A stretch of 63,811 nucleotides of DNA, the filler included, from Olpidium bornovanus S191 (taxonomy: Eukaryota; Fungi; Olpidiomycota): assembly GCA_017911155.1 (NCBI GenBank). It is 33 parts of 33 records of this genome, joined end to end, with 100 filler letters (N's around TTAATTAATTAA, not from the genome) between each part and the next. Parts side by side here need not be neighbours in the genome. Positions count along the whole stretch, not along the records: positions 45,118 to 47,049 come from JAEFCI010010642.1; positions 47,150 to 48,555 come from JAEFCI010007523.1; positions 48,656 to 50,957 come from JAEFCI010009229.1; positions 51,058 to 52,955 come from JAEFCI010003630.1; positions 53,056 to 54,422 come from JAEFCI010003580.1; positions 54,523 to 56,915 come from JAEFCI010011089.1; positions 57,016 to 58,340 come from JAEFCI010005324.1; positions 58,441 to 61,171 come from JAEFCI010011588.1; 25 more parts are not named here. The stretch is one strand, 5' to 3'. Every line of letters starts with the position of its first letter. Position 1 is the stretch's first letter. Made by a program: the position numbers and the translations under genes. The notes under the pieces are model-generated. The model saw only the letters and a program-made list of their open reading frames with translations, searched no databases and was not told the DNA's origin. Shown here piece after piece: positions 47,002-58,584 of this stretch.

Positions 47002-48221
47002 GTGGGACGACGTGATCATCTACGTAAACTGGCCGGACGCCATCGGAGCNNNNNNNNNNNNNNNNNNNNNNNNNNNNNNNNNNNNNNNNNNNNTTAATTA
47101 ATTAANNNNNNNNNNNNNNNNNNNNNNNNNNNNNNNNNNNNNNNNNNNNCATGTTCTGGCAGGAAAGGCGACGACGGCGGCACCGGCGTCAGCTTGTACC
47201 GGAAGATATCTGACGCGCTGTTGCGCTGGTGAAATGTGACTCCCGCGAAGTGTGCGTGTGTCTATAAGCCGGCCTGGAGCTTCTACGGGGAAGTTGACGG
47301 GAAAGCCATCCTTGGGATCGCTATGGCTTTTAGGCCGCGGATACATTCAGAACCTACAAAGCAGGGCCGGCCGTCGACTGGCCTTATTTTTCCGGGTGTC
47401 TTTCTGACGTCTCAGCTCTGCACCGCGTTCTGAATCAAAATCCAACAGGACGTGTTTTCGCGGCCGAAATGCGGGAACGTCCAAAGCTATTTTTTTTTTC
47501 CCCCGGAGATCCTTTTCGGATGAAGAGTTTTCGTTTTTTTTTCCGCCGTTCTTTGCTGCTGGAAGTCTCTGCCGGTTTAGTTGCCGCGGTGCCGAAATTT
47601 TTTACGAGGCGGCCGCCGCATGCTTCTGCACCCAACTCGAACGGTATGGAAGCGCCTGCACCTCGCGCGATGTTCTGTTGGAGTTTCTGGCGCGAGAGCG
47701 CGATTTGTGCGGGCTCCAAATCCAAGACTACCTTGCGCGCAGCAGTCGAGCCGGTTGTCCATTTTGCATGCCGGCGATGAAGGCGACGGACGGAGGAAGG
47801 ACGCATTCCCGGAAAGCCGAAAAATGCATATAGTTGCGGCCCATCCGCCCCCTGTATAAAAGCAGCCGTCGGCATTAGGGTTAATAGCGCCGCACCGGGG
47901 CCACCCTTTGACGAGGATGACGTGGAGGAGAAACCGTCGGGGCGGGTGGGCGGGAGGGCCGGGGGGGAAGACGCGGCGGTTGTCGGGGGGGGGGCATTTG
48001 AGCCAGAGGATGGGGGGCGGGGGAGTGTTTCACGTGGGAATCTTTTTCTTTTTTGGTTTTTTTCCCCGAATCCGGGTTTTTTTTTTTTGTTATGATACAG
48101 GACTACCGGACGCGCGCGTTTTTTGCCAAAGAAAAAAAGGAAAAAAAAAAAGAAAAAAAAAACGGGGGGAGGAAAAGGAAACGGAAAAAAAACAAGGTGA
48201 AAAAAAGGGGCCTGAAAGAAA

Positions 48222-48259
<38 letters not shown>

Positions 48260-48513
48260 AACCCGGAAACAAAAAAAAAAAAAAAAGGGGAGGGGGGGGG
48301 GCCGGGAAAACCCCCCCAAAAAACCCCGCGCCAAAGGCCGGGGGGGGGGGGGGGGGGGGATGCCTGGTGACGGGTGGCCAGGCACATCAGGGAAAACCGG
48401 ATCGCTTTCCGAATACCTCTCGTTTGCAAACGTCTTCCTCCTCGGGGTCTCGCTCCCGGGGACAGGGCCAAACGCCTCCCATTGCTTTCCCGGTTTTTCC
48501 TGACCGGGGGGTT

Positions 48514-48551
<38 letters not shown>

Positions 48552-48844
48552 CCCCNNNNNNNNNNNNNNNNNNNNNNNNNNNNNNNNNNNNNNNNNNNNT
48601 TAATTAATTAANNNNNNNNNNNNNNNNNNNNNNNNNNNNNNNNNNNNNNNNNNNNCATGCCGCTCAACCTGGTGCTTACCAGGCATCGTCGTCAAACGGT
48701 CGCCATTCGACGCTTTCAAAGAAGAAATTTCCTAACGTGACGGAAATTCCAAAGTCAAACCCCAACTCGATTTAAAAGCAAGAACCTCGAAGGAGACCGA
48801 CATTTACCGCTCGTTGAGTCCCAGATTCTCTTTGATTGTTTAGC

Positions 48845-49402
48845 CTAGTCGAAAACAGGCTGTTTTTGGTCTGGCAAAACATTTAGTGAGAATTTTTTGG
48901 ACCAGATCAAAAAAGGCCTCCTGTAGAGGGTTTGACTCTTGTTTTGTGTATCCTGTGAGGTGAGCAAGATTTGGATTTGGACACCAGGAGTATCCCTCAG
49001 GAGGCCATAGGCAAGGGTGCCCTGTGGGAGGTGTTTACGTTCCTGAAAGTGGCTCGTACGGTGGAAAATGGCTGGGACCACAGTCCCTACCGGGAGGTTC
49101 CGGTTCTCGGCCGCTTTCCGCTGAGCAGATTGGGCTTCGAAAGCCGTATAGTCCCGTGTGACGAGACGCGCCGTGCCCTGCTCCGCTCTCACCAAGATAT
49201 CCCCGAGCAGGCTACGCTCCTCCATCCCCGTGCGCTCGTTTTTCCACGACCTGGTCTCTCTCGAGTCAACGGCGTGGCGGAGATTGGAGATCTCGCGGAT
49301 GTGTGCGTAGGGGTACGGCCGCCGAGACGCGTTGGCGGCCATGCAGGGCAAGCGTGCACGGGCGGCGGCGGCGGACGCGTCGCGCGCGGCGACGCCGGCC
49401 AT
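48845..49402 (-). CDS. Hypothetical protein with a presequence-like N-terminus
   Basis: Stop-free frame from ATG 49402 (MAGVAARDASAAAARARLPCMAANASRRPYPY...) with GC-rich 5' codons. No recognised domain; exon structure uncertain. Confidence 0.3.
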   Translation of the reverse strand: MAGVAARDASAAAARARLPCMAANASRRPYPYAHIREISNLRHAVDSRETRSWKNERTGMEERSLLGDILVRAEQGTARLVTRDYTAFEAQSAQRKAAENRNLPVGTVVPAIFHRTSHFQERKHLPQGTLAYGLLRDTPGVQIQILLTSQDTQNKSQTLYRRPFLIWSKKFSLNVLPDQKQPVFD

Positions 49403-50131
49403 CCTGGAACTGGGCCCAGGGGAAATCGGGAGTAGCGGGTGTGAAAACGGGAAAGGGGCGTCGCGACGGAGGGGAGCGCGCGGGGGAAGAGGGCGGAACG
49501 CTGGGCACTGGGGTTCACGGCCGGGGAGGCGGGGGGGATGTGTGTGGGGGCTTGGGGAGGGGGAAAGGTCTGAGGGACGCGGGAAGGTCTGAGGGACCCG
49601 CGGCGGCCGGAGCGGACGGACGGGGTCTTCTCTGCCCGACGCGTTCTGGTGCGCGTGGCCCGCATCCAAAGGCGGGTCACGTGACCGCCCATCGTGAACC
49701 GTCCCCCTTCATCCCCGCCCGCCGCCTGCCCGCCTTTGTTCGCCGGGCCACCGCCTCCTCCTCCTTCCCCCAGGGCGTTCTCCAGCGGCGGCGGAATATC
49801 CCCGCTCGCAATTATTGGCTTCACCGTCATTGACGGAATATCGACTGTCACCAAGTCTGAGGCAAAAAAAAAAAAAAAAAAAAAACAAACAAACAAAAAA
49901 CAAAGAAAAAACGGCCCGCTTTTCTCGGTATATCGCCGAGGGTGCGAATCTTGGAGCAGTCTGCGTTCCTGTCGAAGTGATTTGACTGTTGCGCAAGATC
50001 TTTCGACCTCCCTCGACCTCCGTTTGCGACGTTGTTCGTCCCTGCGTCAGGTCGGAGCTCTTTAGGCGCGTTTGACGTCTGATACCCCGCCACACCCTCC
50101 CCTCCCCCACCACCAGCGTTCCAGGTTAACA

Positions 50132-50893
50132 ATGGTACGTGGGCAACTAGTCAGGCGGCGCGAGCTTCCCTACAAGAAGATGATGCACCGTTGGAGCAGG
50201 ATTTTTTTTTGTTTTCGCCGGCTGCGTCCACGTCTGCTCAGGCTAACAAAATCCGCAAAAGATCGCTTAGATAACACCTGTGGTTTCGTCAAAGAGCAAA
50301 CAGCTCGGGAAGATTCGAATTCCCAATCCGACCCTCACGACGGTCGCCCGCTTCTGCTCGCCGCCGCTCAGTCGGTTCTCCTCGGCGGTGGCTCGCCCGA
50401 CGGTGTGCAGCGAGGCCGCGGCGGTCGCCCGCCGTTCCGCGGGCGAGCAAGCAGCGGCCGGCGAGCATCATAGAAAGCTCGACGTTTTTGCGGGCGGTCT
50501 TCGACGGCAGGGGGTTGTTTAGCGTTTGGGAAACGAATCTTTTGTTGGGGTTGGGAGAGAGTATAAGAGGGGAGGGAATTTTGAACGAAGTGCCATTCGA
50601 CACTGCGTGGTGCAACGTAAGCGGTCACAAGCCGTCAGATCCGAGTTGGGTTCATCCCTGTTGCGTTTTGTGTGTTTCGCCGTTGCAGTTAAGCGCTGTA
50701 TTCAGCGCGGGCGGCGCGTAAAGTACAACGTTGAGGGGCTCCGATCTAGATCCACTGGCGCGAGTAATTCAACATTGTTTGTTCTGAATTGCATCAACTA
50801 AAGTGATTACAAAGGGTATGCGGACTTTATCGTGGCCATAAATCGGAAGGACTTCTCTCAGCGGACGTTTCCTGAGGGAGCAAATCTCACCGA
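50132..50893 (+). CDS. Possible fragmented hypothetical gene
   Basis: ATG|GTACGT at 50132, an acceptor at about 50270 (ITPVVSSKSKQLGK...), and a later exon-like DYKGYADFIVAINRKDFSQRTFPEGANLTE|GTGTAG. The full splice path is unresolved. Confidence 0.3.
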
Positions 50894-51152
50894 GGTGTAG
50901 CAAATAAGGAGCTTGGGGGGATTTTTTTCTTTTTTTTGTTTTAGAGATTTGCACATGNNNNNNNNNNNNNNNNNNNNNNNNNNNNNNNNNNNNNNNNNNN
51001 NTTAATTAATTAANNNNNNNNNNNNNNNNNNNNNNNNNNNNNNNNNNNNNNNNNNNNACCAGGTTGGGTGCGATGTTCACCTGCGGTTTCGCAGTCGCTT
51101 TAGTACGGTGAAAGCCGTCACAAGCCGTCCTGTTTAAGTCGTGTCTGCGCAC

Positions 51153-52769
51153 CTTCTTAGGGTTAGCGATGTTCCATGCAAGCAAAATCGCAAGCTTGTA
51201 ACAGGCGCCATGCATATCGGGATCGCTGCAAGGCGATTGATGGATCCGAATGCTCAGCCCGCAGGGACGTGTTTCCTACGGCTCATTGACTGTTTGCTTT
51301 TGAACTCCGACCCACCATTCAGTGGAGTCCTTAATGTATTCCCTCAGATAGTTCTCCGCGAGGTGACGTTCGGCCTTGCTTTTTTTTAAATTCCAGTGTA
51401 AGTCCCCGAGCTGGAGGTTCGCGTGAGCTTTCTGCAAACGCAACCACGCGATCTGCTCCGCCGCCTCGGGCGTGAGCTCCGTGTTGGATTCGACTTTGCT
51501 GCCCTGCGTTTTTTTCTTGCCGGCGGCACCTTTGCCCTTGCCGATGGGCTTGCCTTCCACTTCGGACTTGAAGGGCTTTACAACGCGGCCGCCCACGTAG
51601 CTGTTGGGGTCCTCCATAATGGTCTTGATCTGCGCGGATGCGAGCTCCAAGGCGCTCCTCGCATCGACAGAGACAATCGAGCTGGCCCTGGGCCCTCCCA
51701 ACTGAGAGAGGAAGCCGGCGCGGATAATGCGCAGGCGAGGGTCGTCGGGGTCAGCCGCAACGGCCATATCAGCAGATGCTCGGACGATGCGGGATCCATC
51801 CTTGGTATCAATCACACCGCGCAGCTGCGGAGTGGCGGTCAGGAGGAACGTAATGTAGGCACGGGTGATCAGGGGGAACACCGCTTTTCCCTTCCCTTCC
51901 CTGGCGGTATCCTTGTTATCAATGGCTCTCCTGAGATACTCCTGAAGCTTTTCCCCGATGCCGCCGTCTTTGCGCGGAACCAACTCGGCAAAGAAGGACG
52001 CGCCGAGGATATCAAGGTGGATGGCCTTGCCGAAGTCGTCGACGCAAGTTTCCTGGAATACCGTGTCAAAACCACATCCATCCTTTACTAGTTGAAAAAG
52101 CCGCCGAGCGGAGGATTCATCTTACGTCATCGGCCCGCAGCTTGGCCTGCCCGCGGTTCCTGTTTCCACGAGCGATATTGGGAACCGTCAACAGTGAGAA
52201 TTCTGCGGGTCTTGGCGCGCAGATGGCGGACGGTTCACGGCGGAAAGTCCGTTTTGTCCAACGCCATAAAAAAGTCTCACCAGTACTCTGCCGCCTTGAT
52301 TACTCGTTTCCCGGTAACGGTGTGCTTGATTGCTTCAGGTCGGCACTGACGACGAGAAAGCGAAATCAGAATTGAGCGCCTGGAGGGCTATCCCGCAACC
52401 GATGACACAGGACTCGACTTCGCGCAAACGGGGTTTCGTCACCTGCTCCCAGCTCCTCGGGGAGCCAGCTCCGGCGGGATGCGCCCTGCCGTTAGGCTTC
52501 GCATCGGCCGCGGAGGGCCCACCGGCTGGAGACGCTTCACCGTTAGGCTTCGCCTCGGCCCTCTGCAGATCCACCATGCGGGAGTTCTGGGCGGCGGCTG
52601 GGACCGGGGCCGTGACACCCCGCTCAACGGCGGCGGCGGCGGCAGCGGCGGAGGCCGTGGGAGCGGCAGCGGAGGCCGTGGAGACGGCGGCGGAGGCCGG
52701 GGCGGCTGGCCCGTTGGCCGGGCCCTTCCCGGACGGGCGCGACTTGGAGCGCGACTTGGAGCGGGGCAT
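51153..52769 (-). CDS. Hypothetical helical-repeat (TPR-like) protein, 3'-truncated
   Basis: Exons 52769-52443, 52052-~51313 and ~51225-51153 are phase-compatible. Reads SPRSWEQ|ETCVDDFGKAIHLD...LQKAHANLQLGDLHW...STE|CDPDMHGACYKLAILLA. The TPR call is by eye only. Confidence 0.6.
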
Positions 52770-52908
52770 CTGCCTGGCGCTGGCTAAGAAGGGGTTTTCA
52801 ACCGGGGCGGCGCTCGCGCGGCCGGAGGAGCGTCAAGGGGAGCTTAAAGCGGAGGAGCGGGCTGAGGTTTTTTTTTTTTTTTTTTTTTGGGGGGGGGGGG
52901 GGGGGAAA

Positions 52909-52946
<38 letters not shown>

Positions 52947-53577
52947 AAAAAAAAANNNNNNNNNNNNNNNNNNNNNNNNNNNNNNNNNNNNNNNNNNNNT
53001 TAATTAATTAANNNNNNNNNNNNNNNNNNNNNNNNNNNNNNNNNNNNNNNNNNNNGATTTCCTTAGGAGGATCCACACTATAAAATGACCAGAGTCGGAT
53101 GCGGGGGGTGCCCTTCTGCGGATTCCAACAGAGAGGTCCTCCTGACTCTGCTTTCCCCGTCTTTCCTCTGCACCCGCCCTTCCGCCGTTTCCGCCGTTGC
53201 GGTTCGTCCTCTGCGTCGCCTTTCGCCGTTTCCACCCGCGGCCGGTTTCGTCGGTCCTCCACGCCGCCGCCGCCGTTTCGCTCCGCGCAGACGGGACGGC
53301 CTTTCGCGGTTCCCGCGGCGCCACCGCGTTGGTTCGTCGTCCGCTGCTGAGGCCTCGCCGCTTTCTGCTGCCTCGATAAACGGGGGGTCTCAGCCGTTTT
53401 TACCAAGCCAGTAGGCAAGTGCCGGCTTCTTCTGAGCCGCGCATTTGCTTTCGACAAACGCCTAACGGAGTTTTTTGCTCCTGCTCTACCAGCTCGAGGA
53501 ATAGAGGCGGTGGCTGCATAAACCACGCCTCCGCTCGCCTGTCTTCACGAGGCGCCGCCCGTGATCCTGCAGTAAAG

Positions 53578-53796
53578 ATGAACCTTGAATTCCCCGCCTA
53601 TTGGAAAACGACGAGCCCGGAAGAAGTCGGCTGTCAGACCTGGCTAGCGTACGCGTTTGATGTCAACCCGGAGTGGAAGGCCGCTGGTGCCGGCCACTGG
53701 CTCCGCGAGTGGTGGAAAGAAGCTCGCAAGGCCTTGGCCGCCTTCGCCGGCGACGGTCGCTTGCACGCCCGCCTGACCAGCTGCTTCGAGTTCAAG
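53578..53796 (+). CDS. Possible exon of an unknown Trp-rich protein
   Basis: MNLEFPAYWKTTSPEEVGCQTWLAYAFDVNPEWKAAGAGHWLREWWKEARKALAAFAGDGRLHARLTSCFEFK, then a GTGAGG donor; GC3-rich codons. Confidence 0.35.
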
Positions 53797-54045
53797 GTGA
53801 GGTCGAGCGACGTGTGGCTGTGTTCTATGCCTGCGGGAGTCACTCAACGGAGAGGTAGCCCGGGGTGCCGAGTGCTCCGCCCCCCGGTTGAAGCGCGTAG
53901 TGCTATGCGCCCTTCCGTCAGTCTTCGCCTGGTAGCCGCAACCTCGTCACCCAGTATTGGCAGGGACGCCTGCCTTTTTTTTTTTTTTTTTTTTTTTGTC
54001 AGGGACGCCTGCCCAGTTTATGGCAGCCCAGCCCTGCATAGTTTA

Positions 54046-54150
54046 TGGCAGCCCAGCCTGCCTTTTTTTCTCTTCTGGCAGCCCAGCCTGCCTTTTTTTC
54101 TCTTCTGGCAGCCCTGCCTGCCTTTTTTTTTTCTTGGCAGCCAAATCTGC
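54046..54150. repeat. 30-nt tandem repeat TGGCAGCCCAGCCTGCCTTTTTTTCTCTTC, about 3.5 copies
   Basis: Units start at about 54046, 54076, 54106 and 54135. Confidence 0.85.
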
Positions 54151-54522
54151 CGGCTTTTTTTTCAAAGGTTCATTTTTATGTCCAATCATTTGGTGGAGGC
54201 ACTGCGTTGATGGAACAGTGCTGTTCCCCTGTGCGGAGCGAGTACCCGCAGTGAGCCAATCCTGGATAAATGCTAGCCCGTCTCGCCAGTGCTGGCAGAT
54301 GGTTGATGGGCCAGTGCTGGCCTGCACCTAGATTGTGGCTCAGGTTACGATCACATCGGCACCTCGAGCTTCTGCCTCTGATAATTTCTTTTTGTTCTTT
54401 CTTTGCCCGAGGCTGACCATGANNNNNNNNNNNNNNNNNNNNNNNNNNNNNNNNNNNNNNNNNNNNTTAATTAATTAANNNNNNNNNNNNNNNNNNNNNN
54501 NNNNNNNNNNNNNNNNNNNNNN

Positions 54523-55335
54523 ATTCTGCCTCAGAAACCCACAAGATTCTGTGTCAGAATTTTGCCAAAATGAATTTCCATCATATTCTGCTTCAAAATC
54601 TCAGTCAGAATTATTCTCTCAGAATCTCCGTCAGAATCTTTTCCTTCGAATCTCAATGGATTCTGAGTCAGAATCCCCGTTGGATGCTAGGTCAGAAACA
54701 CCGTCAAATTTTGCGTCAGAACCCCCTTCAGATTCTGCATCAGAATCACCAGCTATTCCCTCAGAATTTCTGTCACATTCTGCGTCAGAATCTTTGTCAA
54801 AAGGGTCTGCATCGGATTCTGTGTCTGATTCTTTATCAAAAAAGAAGACGCGCTAGTTGCAAAAAAGAAGACGTCCCAATCGTAAAAAAATAACGTGTCA
54901 CATTCTGCATTAGAGCCTCCCTCAGATTTTACATTGAAATCTCCTCAGATTCTGCGTCAGTCTTCCTCAGATTCTGTGTTAGAATCTCCGTCAGATTTTT
55001 CGTCAGAATCTCCGTCAGATTTTGTGTTAAAATCTCCGTCAGATTTTTGGTCAAAATCTCCACCAGATTCTACGTCAGATTCTGCGTCAAAATCAACATC
55101 TAATTCTGCGTCAAAATCAACATCAGATTCTGCGTCAGAATCTCGGTCAGATTCTGCGTCAGACTCTCGGTCAGATTCTGCGTCAGACTCTCGGTCAGAT
55201 TCTGCGTCAGAATCTCGGCCAGATTCTGCGTCAGAATCTCGGCCAGATTCTGCGTCATAATCTCGGCCAGATTCTGCGTCAGAATCTCGGCCAAAATCTG
55301 CGTCAGAATCTCGGTCAGATTCTGCGTCAGAATTT
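54523..55335. repeat. Satellite-like array: 12-nt monomers forming a 24-nt dimer CAGATTCTGCGTCAGAATCTCGGT
   Basis: Regular copies at 55124, 55148, 55172, 55196, 55220, 55244, 55268, 55292 and 55316 (partial), with progressively more diverged 12-mers upstream. Confidence 0.9.
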
Positions 55336-56770
55336 CGCTCGACAAGTACCCTCTCTCATGTGGTTCCATCAGAGTCTCCGATACAGTTCCTGGCGAACAC
55401 CATTTTCTCGGTGACAGTCGAAGTCTATAACGTTGATAGCCCCCTCGTCATACAGAATTATACTCGCAGTTGCTCCGGCTAGACCATTTCGGTCCGTTTC
55501 GAGGGTTTTCTCCTGGAAAATCCCCGCAGCGGCCAAAGTGGCTCCAGTCGGGTTGTTTTAATTCGGGGTTTTTTGACAAATTTAGAGTTTATGGGAAACC
55601 GTTTTGACGGTGTCTCAGACACAACGGCGGTAACTTTCTCACAAAAGGAAAGGCATTCCCCCCAAAAAGGAAAATGTGCCAATGTGCCCATTGCCAAAAA
55701 AAACGTTTGTCGCAAAAATGGAAGTTGATATGCCCATGGCAAAAAAGAAGATTAATTGAAACGCAATCTTTACTGTAAGAGAAAACGTAGGGTAGGGTAA
55801 GTATCAAGGGTAACCCTGGCGCTATCTCTGAGGGAGCAAAGCTCGCCGATGTGTAGCTAATCATATTATCCATGTTAGGAAATACATAATACACATCTCG
55901 AATTATATTTGCCCTGGGCCAAATTATACTGTGCATTCTGCCTGCTGTCCTTGTAATCCCATGACAGCGCTGGGCTGCCTTCAGATGGAGCGGCAGCGGG
56001 CAGAGCGGGGTTAGGGGTGAACACCCCCTTTAAAACCCCAAGGGGACCCGACAGAAAGGACAACCCCACACCAGAAAAAGAGCAAGTCAACATGAACTTC
56101 CGCTTGTACTTGGTCTCAACTGACGTGATGGCATTTGCAACTGCCATCCGAGGCGAGACGTCGTGAGTACACAGCGTTTGCAAAGCACACAATGGCGTCC
56201 GCAATGCGCGCAACGTACGCAACGGATGCAATGTGTGTGAGTGTGTGGGTGTGAGCGTGTGAGTGTGCGTGTGTGCGTGTGCGTGTGTGAGTGTGTGAGT
56301 GTGTGAATGTGTGTGAATGTGGGTGCGTGCGCGCGCGCGTGAATTGTCGGCTCGCTCAGATAAACTCGGCGACTGCTCCCTTCCCCCCCGTCGCTCACTC
56401 GCCCCGTCGTTTTCTCACCCCGGCTCCCTCCCCTCTGCCCCTTCCCCCACCCCCGCCGCCTTCCCCCGCCTTTCCCCTCCTCCTGCCGCCAGCACCGGCT
56501 CCCGTGCAAGACACAGCGCGACTTTTTGGAGACGTTGTGAAGGGTTATGGGGGCCAGGGGGCGAAAAGTGTTGGGTCGGCGACCTGGACCGCCGCGATCG
56601 CGATGCAGGCCGCCGACCGCAGCCCCCGCTCGGCCGCAGCGGAAGAGTTCGCGAAAAGCGCCGAAGCGTTATCCAACGCCCGCGGGCCACGCCGGCCCTT
56701 TGCGGCTTCGCTTGCCGCACTGCTCTTCCCCCTAGGTTTTCGTCGGGGAGGTCGGCAGCGGGACGTTTAT

Positions 56771-56915
<145 letters not shown>

Positions 56916-57015
56916 NNNNNNNNNNNNNNNNNNNNNNNNNNNNNNNNNNNNNNNNNNNNTTAATTAATTAANNNNNNNNNNNNNNNNNNNNNNNNNNNNN
57001 NNNNNNNNNNNNNNN

Positions 57016-58048
57016 CTTTCCGGTCAGCAGGACCTGGCACTCGACCCCGTCGGCGCCGGCCATGCGGAGTTCCCTGTGAAGCGACTGGCTCCAGACTTTG
57101 TTGTAGGCCTGAGGAACACCGGTAAGCGTCGCGGGGTGAGCAAAAACTTGCCAGTCGGACGTTTTTTTTTTTTTTTCGAAAGCGGCCGTCACACTCCCGG
57201 CTTTACGCCCCGTGCCGCTTTTTTTTTTTTTGTCACGGGGTACCAACCTTGGTGCCGCTGTAGACGCCCAAGTAAGGGGGGGCGAGTTCGGAAAGGACGG
57301 AGCCGACGTTCAGGATCAGCGACGGCTGGTTCTTCACCAGGGTGGGCAGGAGGCGTTTGGTGATCAGGGTGGGGAAGACGTCGTTGACGGCGACGATGTC
57401 GGCGAGGTCGTAGTCGTCCTGAGCGGAGAGCGCTTCCACGGCGGAGATCCTGCCGACGTTGTTGACGAGCACGGTGAGGGGGCCGGGCAGGGCGGCGACG
57501 GCGGCGTCCAGCTCGGCGAGGAAGTCCGTCTGGTCGAGGCTGCCGGCGTTGGTGACGACCACGCGGACCATGGTGCCGGGAAAGTCGTACTCGATCCCGC
57601 GTGCGGTGAGGGCGAGCTTGTCCCTGTCCCGGGCGACGAGCACGACGTTGAAGCAGGCGGCCGCGAGCTCGTACGCGAAGGCCTTGCCGATCCCGTCCGA
57701 GGCGCCGGTGACCACGGCCCACGGCCGGTGCGGGCCGCCGTGGTGGAAGCGGCGCAGGCGCGACGGGCGGACGTGCGGGTAGAGGAACTTCGCGGCCGAC
57801 AGGGCCCACGAGACCGCGGTCGCGGCGCCGACGAGGGCGAGCCCCGTCGCCAGGGCGGGCGCCGGCGAGCGGCCGCGGCGCGCCACGGCGGCGGACGCGC
57901 CCGACGCGGCGGCCCCCGCGGCGGGCCCGGCGGCGGCGTCCCCGGCGGACGCCAGCCCGCCGCCCTGCAGGCCGCCCGTGAGCGCCCGCAGCACCGACGC
58001 GACGCCGTCCAGCAGGGGGCGGATAGCGTCGGCAACCGCGTTGGCCAT
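57016..58048 (-). CDS. Short-chain dehydrogenase, very-long-chain 3-oxoacyl-CoA reductase (KAR/Ifa38/HSD17B12) family, 3'-truncated
   Basis: Exons 58048-57248 and 57108-57016. N-terminal hydrophobic segment, WAVVTGASDGIGKAFAYELA, VLVNNVG, ILNVGS and YSGTK|AYN (YxxxK). Confidence 0.9.
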
Positions 58049-58584
58049 CCTTTCCGTCCGCGGCCTCTCTCCTCCTCCTTCCCTTTCTTTTTTTTTTTCT
58101 TCTTCTTTAATCCCTGCGCGCGCGCGTCCCCCGGGACCGGTGTGGGAAAACCCAGACCGCGGGAAGGGGGGTGTGGAAGGAGGAAGAAGAGACGGCGGGG
58201 CGGATTTTTTTTTTTTTTTTTTTTTTCAGACGAGAGACGACGCGTGGCGGCGACGCCCGAGCGGCAGACGACGCGGGCGGGCGCGCGCGTGCGCCGAAGG
58301 GCGGGGGAGCACCTCCACCGGACGCCGACCGCGCGCGGGANNNNNNNNNNNNNNNNNNNNNNNNNNNNNNNNNNNNNNNNNNNNTTAATTAATTAANNNN
58401 NNNNNNNNNNNNNNNNNNNNNNNNNNNNNNNNNNNNNNNNAAACACAAAAAAAAAGAAAAAAAGAAAAAAAAGGGAGGGAAGGAAGCGGAGGGGAGGGGG
58501 GTGGGGGGGGAAGGGGGGGTATGGAAAGGAATTAAAAATTTGCGCCAAAAATTTGTTACGGGGGAAAGCGGCGAGGACGCGCAC

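Noticed and set aside
47150-47264. Possible minus-strand exon THAHFAGVTFHQRNSASDIFRYKLTPVPPSSPFLPEH
   Set aside because: It looks plausibly coding, but I recognise no family and found no partner exon.
55124-55335. CRISPR array (palindromic repeat unit)
   Set aside because: Units are directly adjacent with no unique spacers, there are no cas genes, and the context is eukaryotic.
56005-56020. Telomere-like TTAGGG seeds (also CCCTAGGG near 42104)
   Set aside because: Single occurrences, not arrays.
55980-56170. Possible exon ending ...FATAIRGETS with a GTGAGT donor
   Set aside because: No convincing start or in-frame downstream exon.
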